Source: an uncultured bacterium
GTDB lineage: Bacteria > Lernaellota > Lernaellaia > Lernaellales > Lernaellaceae
Length of the DNA stretch: 23,412 bases
Assembly (NCBI GenBank): GCA_964534375.1
Contig: CAZHPN010000041.1
Span: forward strand, 13,421-36,832
Direction of reading: 5' to 3'
Part shown: positions 1 to 8,628 of the stretch, piece after piece
Layout: each line of letters begins with the position of its first letter
Position numbering within the stretch: position 1 is the first letter of the stretch
Notes under the pieces: generated by a model
Seen by the model: only the letters and a program-made list of their open reading frames with translations
Databases searched by the model: none
What the model was told of the DNA's origin: nothing
Translations under genes and position numbers: made by a program

Positions 1-1420
1 GCGGGAGCGCGGGCTGCGCGAACACGAGCGGCGGTTCCGGTTTCGCCGCCGCCGGGGGCGGGAGCGCGGGCTGCGCGAACACGAGCGGCGGTTCCGGTTT
101 CGCCGCCGCCGGAGCGGGCGCCGGCTGTGGCAACGCCATGGGCTGTTCAGGTTTCGCCGCCGGAGGCGTGGGAGCGGGGAGTGCGAACACGGGCGGCGGT
201 TCCGGCTTTGCCGCTGTCGGAACGGACACCGGCTGCGCGAACACGGGCAGCCGCACAGGTTTCGCTGCCGGGGGCGGGAGCGCGGGCTCTGCAAACACGG
301 GCGGCGGTTCCGGCTTCGCCGCCGAAGGCGCCGGCATCGGCCGCGCGTACACGGGCGGGAGTTCCGGCTTCCCCGCCGGGGGCGTGGGGATGGGGAGTGC
401 GAAAACGAGTGGCGGTTCCGGTTTCGCCGCCGCCGGAGCGGGCGCGGGCCGCGGCAACGCGAGGGGTGGTTCAAGTTTCACCGCCGCCGGAGCGGGCGCC
501 GGCTGCTGGAACTCGATGGGCGGTTCAGGTTCCGCCGCCGGGAACGAAGGCGTGGGCTCTGCGAACTCGGCCGGCGGTTCCGGTTTCACCGCCGCCGGAG
601 CGGGCGCCGGCTGCTGGAACTCGATGGGCGGTTCAGGTTCCGCCGCCGGAGGCGGAGGCGCGGGCTCTGCGAACTCGGGCGGCGGTTCAGGTTTCGCCGC
701 CGCCGGAGCGGGCGTCGGCTGCTGGAACTCGATGGGCGGTTCAGGTTCCGCCGCCGGAGGGGGAGGCGCGGGCTCTGCGAACTCGGGCGACGGTTCAGGT
801 TCCGCCACCGGGGGTGTGGGGGCGGGCTGCGCTAACATGGGTGGCGGTTCGGGTTTCGCTGCCGAAGGCTCCGGCAGCGACTGCGCGGACACTGGCGGCA
901 GTTCCGGCTTCCCCGCCGGGGGCGTGGGGATGGGGAGTGCGAAAACGAGTGGCGGTTCCGGTTTCGCCGCCGCCGGAGCGGGCGCGGGCCGCGGCAACGC
1001 GAGGGGTGGTTCAAGTTTCACCGCCGCCGGAGCGGGCGCCGGCTGCTGGAACTCGATGGGCGGTTCAGGTTCCGCCGCCGGAGGCGGAGGCGCGGGCTCT
1101 GCGAACTCGGGCGGCGGTTCCGGTTTCGCCGCCGCCGGAGCGGGCGTCGGCTGCGCGAACTCGGGCGGCGGTTCAGGTTCCGCCACCGGGGGTGTGAGGG
1201 CGGGTTGCGCTAACACGGGTGGCGGTTCGGGTTTCGCTGCCGAAGGCGCCGGCAGCGACTGCGCGGACACTGGCGGCGGCACAGATTTCGACGGCAAAGG
1301 CGCCGGCTTCAGTTGCGCAAACACGGGCGGCGGTACAGGTTTCGCCGCCGAAGGCGCCGGCATCGACCGCGCGAACACAGGCGGCGGTTCCGGCTTCGAC
1401 GGCGGCGGCACTTGCGCGGG
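1..1420 (-). repeat. Coding degenerate tandem repeats (about 17-19 aa units, consensus roughly PAPAAAKPEPPPxFAQ) within the caspase protein
   Basis: 1-55 repeats at 58-112 (57-nt period). 360-541 is identical to 900-1081. 781-899 is nearly identical to 1159-1277. Confidence 0.9.
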
Positions 1421-3364
1421 TTGGGAAGTTTCGAAGGCCTTTGCCAGACGCGACGCGGCGCTCACCGGCGGCGGCGGCACGCGTTTTTTTCTGGGAAGCG
1501 TTGCTGCGGCCGTCGTGGCATCTTTGGCCAACACGTCTGGCGCCGGCCGCTCCTGGGACTCAGGCGGGGTTGCAGGCTGGGTCTCGTGGGCCACTATCGG
1601 CGGCGACGCTACGTCGGCGACCCCGTCCGGCGCTTCCGCGACCGGGATCGCCGTGCCAGGCTGTTCGCGGCTTTCAGCCTTCGCCGAACGGGGAGCAGGT
1701 GGTTTCGGCGGCGGTCCGATGCGGGCCATTCGCGACGATTTCTGCGCCTCGTCTTCGGCCAATTTTTTCGTCTTTTCGATGGCCGAAGTCAATTCGGCAA
1801 TTTGTCTTGCGTCTTCCAACAAGCGCGCCAATTTTTGGGTTTCCGCGTAGGCCTCCGTCGCCTGTTCGAACGCCTTTTGCTTCGTCAATGCCTCGGCGCG
1901 CCGGATTTTCACGGTCAGCAACGACTCAACGGATTTGATCCGGCTTTCGACCAATTGTAGGCCTTCGGCCGCCTCCGCATTGCCGGGGCTCGCGGCCAAC
2001 GCCTTGTTGAAGTATTGCCTGGCCGCCGAAAGACGGTCGTCACGGAAAGACTTCACCCCAGAGAGCAGGCAGTACGACGCGTCTTCGCCGTATTGGCGCA
2101 GGTAGCCGGTCAGGAGGGTCTCCGCCTCTACGCCGTGCTCGGCGTCGATCGCGGCGCGGATCCTGGACAGAGCGTCGGCTTTCTTGTCCGCCGGCGCGGT
2201 CTCTACAGGTGCGGCGCATGGGGACGGAATGGCGTCGACCGCCAGTCCCGTCGCTCGTTTCGGCGCGGCAAGCGCCGCATCCAGTGTTGCTTTCGCCGGC
2301 AACACGGCCTCGGGGTCGGGGAGAAACGGCAGGAAGTATTCGTCGGAAAGGCTGCCGAACAATAGCGGCTCCTGGCATAACTCTCTTTTGCGCGCTTCGC
2401 GTTGGACTGAAGTCCGCACATAGCTGAACAGGTCGTAGACCGAGACCCGGTCCGAATTGCGGCCCGTCGCTCCGCCGGTCAGGCCGTCGACCAGGTAGTA
2501 CGTGAAAAATCCGTGGCCCAAATTCTCATTTTCATAAGATTGCTGACTTACGCGGCAGGCGGAGAAAACGACGACGTTGTTGTCCGCGAGGCTGGCCATC
2601 GCCCGGTCCTGGTTGCCGACGGACAAACCCGTCGATTCGGACGCCGACGCCGCGTGACAGGAATCAAGGAAGAGCACCGCCCGTTTCGGGCTGATAGTTC
2701 GAATAACCTGCCGCAGGGCCTCGTAGCTAAACGCCGAATGGATAAACGACGCGCCGTCGGCGAAATCATGCGGCACGATGTAACCGCCGAAGGGCGAGTA
2801 GTGGCCGTGGCCGGCGAAATAGATGAGCAAGGAATCGCTGGCTGTCACGCGGCCGTACAAGGTCTCGAAGACGCGCGCGATGTTTTCCATCGTCGCCTGA
2901 TCGTCGAGGAGAATTTGCACATCCTGTTCGCGCAGCGCGTTGACCGTGGCTTTCGTCAGCAGTCGGTGAAACAGCCGCGCGTCGGCCGCCGCGCCGGGCA
3001 GGTGAGCGAAATTCGGATTCACATAATCGGAAATGCCGATGACGACCGCGTGGTTGCGGCTTTCCTCTTTCGAATCGACGTAATTGAACGCCACCTCGGC
3101 GCGAAGGTCGCGCTTGACGGCTTCAGCCATCACCGTCAACTTGTGCTCGCCCGGCGAATCGACCACGACGCGGCGGTAGATGTTCTTGTCGGTCGAGGCT
3201 TCGACGAAAATGCCGCGGGGACGGTCTTCGGTCATCACTTGGTCGTCGAGAAGGACAATGTAATTGTCGAACTCCTCCAGGACGCGAAACGCCACGGTGA
3301 AGACCTTGTTCTTGATATTTTGGCCCGGTTGGGGATAGAGAATCTTGATCCCGCTCTCGCTCAT
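1..3364 (-). CDS. Caspase-like (peptidase C14) domain protein with TPR-like region and long Pro/Ala-rich repeat tail; 3' end runs off the window
   Basis: Hand translation from ATG 3364 (GGAAAGG upstream): MSESGIKILYPQPGQ...AVVIGISDY...LPGAAADA...LLIYFAGHG (His codon 2809-2807)...VLFLDSCHA (Cys codon 2659-2657)...SACRVSQQSYE...GHGFFTYYLVDGL. Then TPR-like ARQYFNKALAASPGNAEA, then PEPPxxFAQPAP repeats. The same frame is confirmed at 139 and 58. It is missing from the ORF track, consistent with there being no stop in the window. Confidence 0.92.
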   Translation of the reverse strand, partial: MSESGIKILYPQPGQNIKNKVFTVAFRVLEEFDNYIVLLDDQVMTEDRPRGIFVEASTDKNIYRRVVVDSPGEHKLTVMAEAVKRDLRAEVAFNYVDSKEESRNHAVVIGISDYVNPNFAHLPGAAADARLFHRLLTKATVNALREQDVQILLDDQATMENIARVFETLYGRVTASDSLLIYFAGHGHYSPFGGYIVPHDFADGASFIHSAFSYEALRQVIRTISPKRAVLFLDSCHAASASESTGLSVGNQDRAMASLADNNVVVFSACRVSQQSYENENLGHGFFTYYLVDGLTGGATGRNSDRVSVYDLFSYVRTSVQREARKRELCQEPLLFGSLSDEYFLPFLPDPEAVLPAKATLDAALAAPKRATGLAVDAIPSPCAAPVETAPADKKADALSRIRAAIDAEHGVEAETLLTGYLRQYGEDASYCLLSGVKSFRDDRLSAARQYFNKALAASPGNAEAAEGLQLVESRIKSVESLLTVKIRRAEALTKQKAFEQATEAYAETQKLARLLEDARQIAELTSAIEKTKKLAEDEAQKSSRMARIGPPPKPPAPRSAKAESREQPGTAIPVAEAPDGVADVASPPIVAHETQPATPPESQERPAPDVLAKDATTAAATLPRKKRVPPPPVSAASRLAKAFETSQPAQVPPPSKPEPPPVFARSMPAPSAAKPVPPPVFAQLKPAPLPSKSVPPPVSAQSLPAPSAAKPEPPPVLAQPALTPPVAEPEPPPEFAQPTPAPAAAKPEPPPEFAEPAPPPPAAEPEPPIEFQQPAPAPAAVKLEPPLALPRPAPAPAAAKPEPPLVFALPIPTPPAGKPELPPVSAQSLPEPSAAKPEPPPMLAQPAPTPPVAEPEPSPEFAEPAPPPPAAEPEPPIEFQQPTPAPAAAKPEPPPEFAEPAPPPPAAEPEPPIEFQQPAPAPAAVKPEPPAEFAEPTPSFPAAEPEPPIEFQQPAPAPAAVKLEPPLALPRPAPAPAAAKPEPPLVFALPIPTPPAGKPELPPVYARPMPAPSAAKPEPPPVFAEPALPPPAAKPVRLPVFAQPVSVPTAAKPEPPPVFALPAPTPPAAKPEQPMALPQPAPAPAAAKPEPPLVFAQPALPPPAAAKPEPPLVFAQPALP

Positions 3365-3449
3365 GGCTTTCGCCTTTCCCGCGTCTTTCTTTTTTCGAAG
3401 CGGAGCGCTGCAACAGCGTCCGCGGCGCGTATTTGCCGCTCACTTCCCA

Positions 3450-4178
3450 TCAGAAGTCCTGCGGCGAGCCTGCCACAGGCGTCTTTTTGCCGACGGCAGG
3501 CACGCTCGGCGTCGCCGACGGCACAGGCGCCGTGTCGGCGGGCGCATTCGGCGCCGCCGCCGGCACAGACGCCTTGTCGGTGGGCGCATTCGGCGCCGCC
3601 GCCGGCAGCGACTCCTTGCCGGGCGGTGCGGCGTGACCCGCTACGTGCTTCTTGACGGCGGGCGCCGCATGTTGCTTCTCCACGACGGCATTCGCGACCG
3701 GCGGCGTCTTGCTGCTGGAAGCGCTTCCCGCGTCCCTGTTGTCGCCGTTGGGCGCCAACGCTCCTTCCCCCGCTCCGCCCGCCTGCGCCGCCGCCGCATC
3801 GAGCGGCGCATCGCCAGCCGGCGGACGCTGCCCTGTGGCCGAGACGGCAATCAACACCGCGATGTGCAGGCACAGCAACGATCCGAACATTGGCAATGTG
3901 CGGGGCCCCGGCGAAACCGGCGAACGGAAAACGCGCAACGACAATAATCCCAGCGCCAGTCCGACTGCCGCGGCAAGAATCCCCGCAACGAGTTGTCCGG
4001 TAAGCGCGAGAATGCCGCCGATGATCGGCGCAAGCAGACTGAAAAAACCGAATAATTTGGCCTGCTCCGCCTTCGCCCCGGTTTTTTTCTTCGCGCCGGG
4101 TCCGGCAGCCCGAGGAGGCTGGCGAAGCCCCGACGCCGGTTTGGCGGACCACTGCGTACTTCGCGGCGTTTGATTCAA
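3450..4178 (-). CDS. Hypothetical membrane protein (about 3 hydrophobic helices, Pro/Ala-rich C-terminal tail)
   Basis: 242-aa ORF with hydrophobic segments LFGFFSLLAPIIGGILAL, LVAGILAAAVGLALGLLSL and FGSLLCLHIAVLIAV. Its TTG start overlaps (TTGA) the reconstructed stop of the IS-split upstream gene. A 25-bp internal repeat lies at 3541 and 3583. Confidence 0.75.
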   Translation of the reverse strand: MNQTPRSTQWSAKPASGLRQPPRAAGPGAKKKTGAKAEQAKLFGFFSLLAPIIGGILALTGQLVAGILAAAVGLALGLLSLRVFRSPVSPGPRTLPMFGSLLCLHIAVLIAVSATGQRPPAGDAPLDAAAAQAGGAGEGALAPNGDNRDAGSASSSKTPPVANAVVEKQHAAPAVKKHVAGHAAPPGKESLPAAAPNAPTDKASVPAAAPNAPADTAPVPSATPSVPAVGKKTPVAGSPQDF

Positions 4179-4294
4179 AATTGATTCCTATCGTCCTGGT
4201 TGTCGGGCGTCGCCGGCGCCAGCCACGCCGGCGGCTGAAAAAGCTTTTCGTCGTCCAGCAGCCGTTGAAATTTTTCTTCTTTGTCGAATTTTTG
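4175..4294 (-). pseudogene. 3' fragment (37 codons plus stop) of the exported-protein gene split by the IS
   Basis: Removing 4295-7690 plus one TSD copy joins ...PLNPQK to FDKEEKFQRLLDDEKLFQPPAWLAPATPDNQDDRNQF* in frame. The TGA is at 4177-4175. Confidence 0.88.
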
Positions 4295-4319
4295 GGGAAT
4301 TATATACTTGACTACCTAA
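4295..4319 (+). repeat. Left terminal inverted repeat
   Basis: GGGAATTATATACTTGACTACCTAA, the exact reverse complement of 7666-7690. Confidence 0.96.
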
Positions 4320-4327
4320 GTTCACAA
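4299..4327 (-). promoter_or_regulatory. Putative outward-facing sigma70 promoter in the IS left end
   Basis: Minus strand TTGTGA (4327-4322), 17-nt spacer, TATAAT (4304-4299), pointing at the 4178 gene and the caspase gene. Confidence 0.55.
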
Positions 4328-4417
4328 GCCCATGAAATCACGTTGTTTTTTCATACCAGCGTTTCCTGCCGAAACTTTGCATGACGATCAGAATAACTCT
4401 AAAGTATTTTTTACGAT

Positions 4418-4469
4418 TATACTTGACTACCTTGATGCAAGGTGTTACGTTTAGGTTGTAAGTAAGGAG
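4418..4469 (+). promoter_or_regulatory. Putative transposase promoter overlapping an internal TIR-core copy, plus RBS
   Basis: TTGACT (4423-4428), 17-nt spacer, TACGTT (4446-4451) with an extended TG. TIR core TATACTTGACTACCT is repeated at 4418-4432. Palindrome ACCTTG-ATG-CAAGGT sits in the spacer, and AAGGAG precedes ATG 4478. Confidence 0.55.
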
Positions 4470-4477
4470 AATAACAG

Positions 4478-5395
4478 ATGAACGACAGTGTGACACTTTC
4501 TACCTTCCAGTTTTTCGAGAAGTTTCCAAACCAGGAGACGGCTCGTGTTTACTTGGAAGAACAACTTTGGGTTGATGGCCCTTTATGTCCGACGTGTGGT
4601 GGCAAAAACGTCACGTCCCGCAAGGGCGGTTACTACCGCTGTAACCCGTGCAAATTCGATTTCACGGTAAGGACGGGAACGATCTTCGAGCGGTCGCACA
4701 TTCCATTGCACAAGTGGCTTTACGGCATGTACCTGTTGGTCACGTCCCGTAAGGGTGTTTCTTCACTGCAACTTTCCAAGGAAATCGGGATCACACAAAA
4801 ATCGACGTGGTTTATGCTTCACCGGCTACGCGAAGTTTGCGGCGACAATTCGATCAAACTGGCGGGTATCGTCGAAATCGACGAAACTTTTATCGGCGGC
4901 AAAGAACGAAATAAACACGCGAGCAAGAAGCTCAACGCGGGGCGCGGCACGGTCGGCAAAGTGGCGGTTCTGGGTATGCGGGAACGCGGTGGGCGCACGG
5001 TGGCGATGCCCGTTGTCGGAACCGACAAGGCGACGTTGCAAGCCGAAATTCGTGCAAACGTCGAGACGACCGCCACGATCCACACCGACCAGCACGGCGG
5101 ATACGATGGCTTGGGCGCGGATTTTAAGGCGCACGAAACCATCGACCATTCGGCTGGCGAGTACAAGCGTGGCAACGTGAGTACGAACGGAATCGAGAGC
5201 GTTTGGGCCGTGATGAAGCGTGGCGTCTATGGCGTGTACCACCACGTCAGCGACAAGCACCTTGGCCTCTACACAAACGAGTTCGCTTTTCGCCTGAACG
5301 ATGGTAATGTTGGTCGTCAGACAATGGACCGAATTGCCAGCATCGTCGAAGGATCGACAGGCCATCGTTTGACGTATAAGGCGTTGACGACATGA
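4478..5395 (+). CDS. IS1595-family (ISXO2-like) DDE transposase
   Basis: N-terminal Zn ribbon CPTC...CNPC; GTIFERSHIPLHKW; HTH region; EIDETFIGG, IHTD, TNGIESVW, YTNEFAFRLN motifs. Confidence 0.95.
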   Translation: MNDSVTLSTFQFFEKFPNQETARVYLEEQLWVDGPLCPTCGGKNVTSRKGGYYRCNPCKFDFTVRTGTIFERSHIPLHKWLYGMYLLVTSRKGVSSLQLSKEIGITQKSTWFMLHRLREVCGDNSIKLAGIVEIDETFIGGKERNKHASKKLNAGRGTVGKVAVLGMRERGGRTVAMPVVGTDKATLQAEIRANVETTATIHTDQHGGYDGLGADFKAHETIDHSAGEYKRGNVSTNGIESVWAVMKRGVYGVYHHVSDKHLGLYTNEFAFRLNDGNVGRQTMDRIASIVEGSTGHRLTYKALTT

Positions 5396-6561
5396 GCGAT
5401 TCTTTAGACAAGCTAGACGAGTTCGCCAAGCTGGTTCTCGCGTATCGACCAAAGAAGAAACGGGATAACATGCAAAACAAGTCACTGAATCGAAGTTTAC
5501 ACGCCGCGAAGGCGACGAAGCAGGATGAGTTCTACACGCAACTTTCCGACATTGATGATGAATTGAAGCATTACACGAAGTATTTCAAGGGCAAGACTGT
5601 TTTGTGTAACTGCGACGATCCAAAGGTCAGCAATTTCTTCCACTACTTCTCGCACAACTTCGAGAAGCTGCAACTGAAAAAGCTGATCGCCACCTGCTAC
5701 AAGAATTGCGACGCCGATCTGTTCAGCAAGCACACGGATGAAAGAGGAATCTACCTTGAGTATGAGGGTGACAAGAGCGGCAACCGCGTCCCCGACCCGG
5801 ACGAAATCGGCATTCACAAGCTAAAAGGCGACGGCGATTTTCGTAGCGAGGAATGCGTTAAGCTGCTCAAGCAAGCGGATGTCGTCGTCACCAATCCGCC
5901 GTTCTCGTTGTTTCGGGAGTACGTTGAGCAGTTGGTGAAGTACAAGAAGAAGTTCCTCATCATCGGGAATACAAATGCACTCACTTACAAGGATACATTC
6001 CGCCTCATAATGGAGGACAAACTTCGCACCGGCTACACAAACTTCAATGTCGGAATGTTTTTTGCCGTCCCAGACGACTGGGAGCAATTCCATCACGTTG
6101 ACAAAGACGGTAGGAAAATCGTGCGTGTGGCGACTTCGTGCTGGTTTACGAATTTAGACGTTGCGAAGCACAAGGAATCCTTGCCTCTCTACAAGGAATA
6201 TACTCCAGAAGAGTTTCCCAAGTACGACAACTACGACGCAATCGAGGTGTCCCGTTACAAGGACATTCCGGCTGACTACGACGGGCCGATGGGCGTCCCA
6301 ATTACGTTCCTCGATAAATACAACCCTAACCAATTTGAGATCGTGGGGGTTACGCAATCTTGGTTCGACGGAAGAATCAAGACGTATCCTCAACAAACAC
6401 AGGTTGGGGCTGATGGGCATAGAAGCAATGTGACAAAGCTGAATGATGGAGCGGCATTGAAGTCTGACTCAATTCCTCAGAACACGACTTATTATATAGT
6501 TAACGGGGAATACTACGTCAAAGTTTATGCGCGGATTCTCATCAGAAGGAAAACCCCATGA
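5392..6561 (+). CDS. Adenine-specific DNA methyltransferase, EcoRI family (alternative start ATG 5470)
   Basis: DEFYT, KTVLCNCDDP, GDGDFRSEEC, VVTNPPFSLFREY (motif IV NPPF), YDNYDAIEV and MGVPITFLDKY are characteristic of this family. ATGA overlap with the transposase. Confidence 0.9.
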   Translation: MSDSLDKLDEFAKLVLAYRPKKKRDNMQNKSLNRSLHAAKATKQDEFYTQLSDIDDELKHYTKYFKGKTVLCNCDDPKVSNFFHYFSHNFEKLQLKKLIATCYKNCDADLFSKHTDERGIYLEYEGDKSGNRVPDPDEIGIHKLKGDGDFRSEECVKLLKQADVVVTNPPFSLFREYVEQLVKYKKKFLIIGNTNALTYKDTFRLIMEDKLRTGYTNFNVGMFFAVPDDWEQFHHVDKDGRKIVRVATSCWFTNLDVAKHKESLPLYKEYTPEEFPKYDNYDAIEVSRYKDIPADYDGPMGVPITFLDKYNPNQFEIVGVTQSWFDGRIKTYPQQTQVGADGHRSNVTKLNDGAALKSDSIPQNTTYYIVNGEYYVKVYARILIRRKTP

Positions 6562-7640
6562 AGATCGAACTTAAGGAAATCGCGATACAAAAGCTAACAG
6601 ACGACTTCTCCGACAGCGCCGAAGCGGGAGTTGTCGCGTATGGTGGAAAACTCGACATTCGACCGCCGTATCAGAGGGAGTTCATCTACAAGGACAAGCA
6701 GCGAGACGCGGTGATTGATAGCGTTCGCAAAAACTTTCCGCTGAACGTGATGTATTGGGCGGTACGCAAAGACGGCAATTTCGAGGTGATCGACGGGCAA
6801 CAGCGCACGCTTTCAATTTGTCAGTACATCAACGGGGACTACGCTATCGACGGGTTGTATTTCCACAATCTGCAAGATGACCAGCAACAACAGATTCTTG
6901 GTTACAAATTGATGGTCTATTTCTGCTCAGGGACTGACAGTGAAAAGCTAGATTGGTTTAGAACCATCAACATCGCTGGAGAGGAACACACCGAGCAGGA
7001 ATTGCGGAACGCTGTCTATGCAGGACCGTGGACAGCCGATGCCAAGCGGTATTTCAGCAAGACAGGTTGCGCGGCCTATGGGCTGGCGAGCGATTATCTG
7101 CGGGGCAGCCCGATCCGGCAGGAATATCTGGAAACGGCAATCGCATGGCGCTCGGATGGCAAGATCGAAGATTACATGTCGAAGCATCAGCACGACAACA
7201 ACGCGACGCCGCTGTGGCAATACTTTCAAAAAGTGATCGGATGGGTGAAAGCTACGTTTCCAGAGTATCGACGAGAAATGAAGGGGGTGGGTTGGGGAGT
7301 TCTTTACAATCAGTTCAAGGACAAAGAGTTCGATACCGACAAACTGGAAAAACAGATTGCCAAGCTGATGATGGATGACGATGTAGAGCGGAAATCTGGA
7401 ATTTACCCGTATGTACTGGATGGCGACGAACGACACCTGAACATCCGCGTGTTTTCCGACAACATGAAGCGGGAAGCATACGAGAGGCAAAAGGGCGTCT
7501 GCTCCTGGTGCAAGAAGAAATTTCAGTTGAATGAAATGGAAGGCGACCACGTCAAGCCCTGGCACGAGGGCGGGAAAACCAGCGCGGCCAACTGCCAGAT
7601 GCTATGTAAAGACGATAACAGAAGGAAGTCTGGAAAATAG
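6558..7640 (+). CDS. DUF262 (GmrS/ParB-like) plus C-terminal HNH endonuclease; putative restriction partner
   Basis: YQREF and VIDGQQRT (DUF262); CSWC...DHVKPWHEGGKTSAANCQMLCKDDNRRK (HNH); ATGA overlap with the MTase. Confidence 0.9.
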   Translation: MKIELKEIAIQKLTDDFSDSAEAGVVAYGGKLDIRPPYQREFIYKDKQRDAVIDSVRKNFPLNVMYWAVRKDGNFEVIDGQQRTLSICQYINGDYAIDGLYFHNLQDDQQQQILGYKLMVYFCSGTDSEKLDWFRTINIAGEEHTEQELRNAVYAGPWTADAKRYFSKTGCAAYGLASDYLRGSPIRQEYLETAIAWRSDGKIEDYMSKHQHDNNATPLWQYFQKVIGWVKATFPEYRREMKGVGWGVLYNQFKDKEFDTDKLEKQIAKLMMDDDVERKSGIYPYVLDGDERHLNIRVFSDNMKREAYERQKGVCSWCKKKFQLNEMEGDHVKPWHEGGKTSAANCQMLCKDDNRRKSGK

Positions 7641-7665
7641 TTGTCGTCTGATGATTCTCGACGAA

Positions 7666-7690
7666 TTAGGTAGTCAAGTATATAATTCCC
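7666..7690 (-). repeat. Right terminal inverted repeat
   Basis: TTAGGTAGTCAAGTATATAATTCCC, followed by TSD AATTTTTG. Confidence 0.96.
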
Positions 7691-8628
7691 AATTTTTGCG
7701 GGTTCAGCGGCTCGGGGGACCACGCGATTCCGGTTTCTTGCGGCGGCGGCGCCTCGACCTTTCGCAGCCCTTGGTCGTAGCGAAGCAACAGACTCTTTGG
7801 GTTGGTATTTTCCGGAACCAAGAACAGCAAGGCGTTCATTATTTCGCGGCGATCGAAGCGCAGCACACGCCACGCGATCGGATCGTGATTGCGGAACAGG
7901 ATTTTTCTGGCGGACGGACGGGTGTCGGCCGGACCTGTGTCTGCCACGCCGAAGAAATACCAGCCGTAGCAAGGCGACTCGACGGCGCCGATTTCCGAGA
8001 CCATGGTGAAATCCCGCAGGCGAAACCGGAATTCATCGTCGCTGGTTTTTCCCGCGAACACCACCACGGCGAAGATTCTGCCCTTGGGCGGTTCAAGCTC
8101 GGAACTCACGACGGACGCGCCCTGTTTGAATCTGAATTGGACTTTTTTTGTCAAGAAGCCGCTCGGAGACGTCCCGATCGGCGTGTCGATCATTTCCACG
8201 CGCCGCGCCGGCTCAGGTTTGCCCGAATTCCTCGGATCGAGAATCGTTTGATACCTCTGGCTCTGCCAGTGATATTGCGGCGCGGCAGTCGGGTCCTTTT
8301 TGCGCTGTTGATAGACGAGTGCGTCTTGTTTCTCTCTCGCCAATTCCACCAGCGTCCTGATTTCGTTGTCGCCGTATTTTCCCCATGTGTGCACAAACAA
8401 TTCCCAGCGCAACAGAGCCCGTCCCAGGTCAGCCCCGCCGGCCGTTACATCGCAAACGTTGGCAAACTCTTGACGGGCCGCGGCTTGCGGGTCGCCGACG
8501 TCCTCCGCAGCCGCAGCCAGACCGATGACGGCCGCCAAGAACCCCGCGAGCAGAACCGCGACTCGCCCACCCGCTTGGCAATGTTTGATCACCATGTGCA
8601 TGAGGTCCTCCAGCTCAATCCGGTTCAT
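7691..8628 (-). pseudogene. Exported protein, 5' part, interrupted by the IS (read-through stops inside the TIR at 7666); paralog of the adjacent lipoprotein
   Basis: Signal-like VAVLLAGFLAAVIGLAAAAE. The ORF runs into the TIR as ...PQK-LGIIYLTT*. The true C-terminus is at 4175-4288. Confidence 0.8.

Larger units (their letters stand above)
4295..7690 (+). mobile_element. IS1595-family element with passenger genes (transporter IS), 3396 bp
   Basis: Perfect 25-bp TIRs GGGAATTATATACTTGACTACCTAA (4295-4319, and 7666-7690 as reverse complement). 8-bp direct repeat AATTTTTG at 4287-4294 and 7691-7698. Contains an IS1595 transposase and is visibly lower in GC than the flanks. Confidence 0.96.

Noticed and set aside
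1..1420. Possible CRISPR array
   Set aside because: The repeats are degenerate, in frame and coding, with no unique spacers and no cas genes
127..1850. Long + strand ORFs (570-aa Gly-rich, PE-PGRS-like; 356-aa)
   Set aside because: They are antisense shadows of the Pro-rich repeat of the minus-strand caspase gene, which has real catalytic motifs
3123..4152. Alternative minus-strand ORFs, or a frameshift fusing the 242-aa TM gene to the caspase
   Set aside because: The caspase frame has a TGA at 3442-3440 and its own ATG with a purine-rich RBS; the other frames are Arg-rich nonsense
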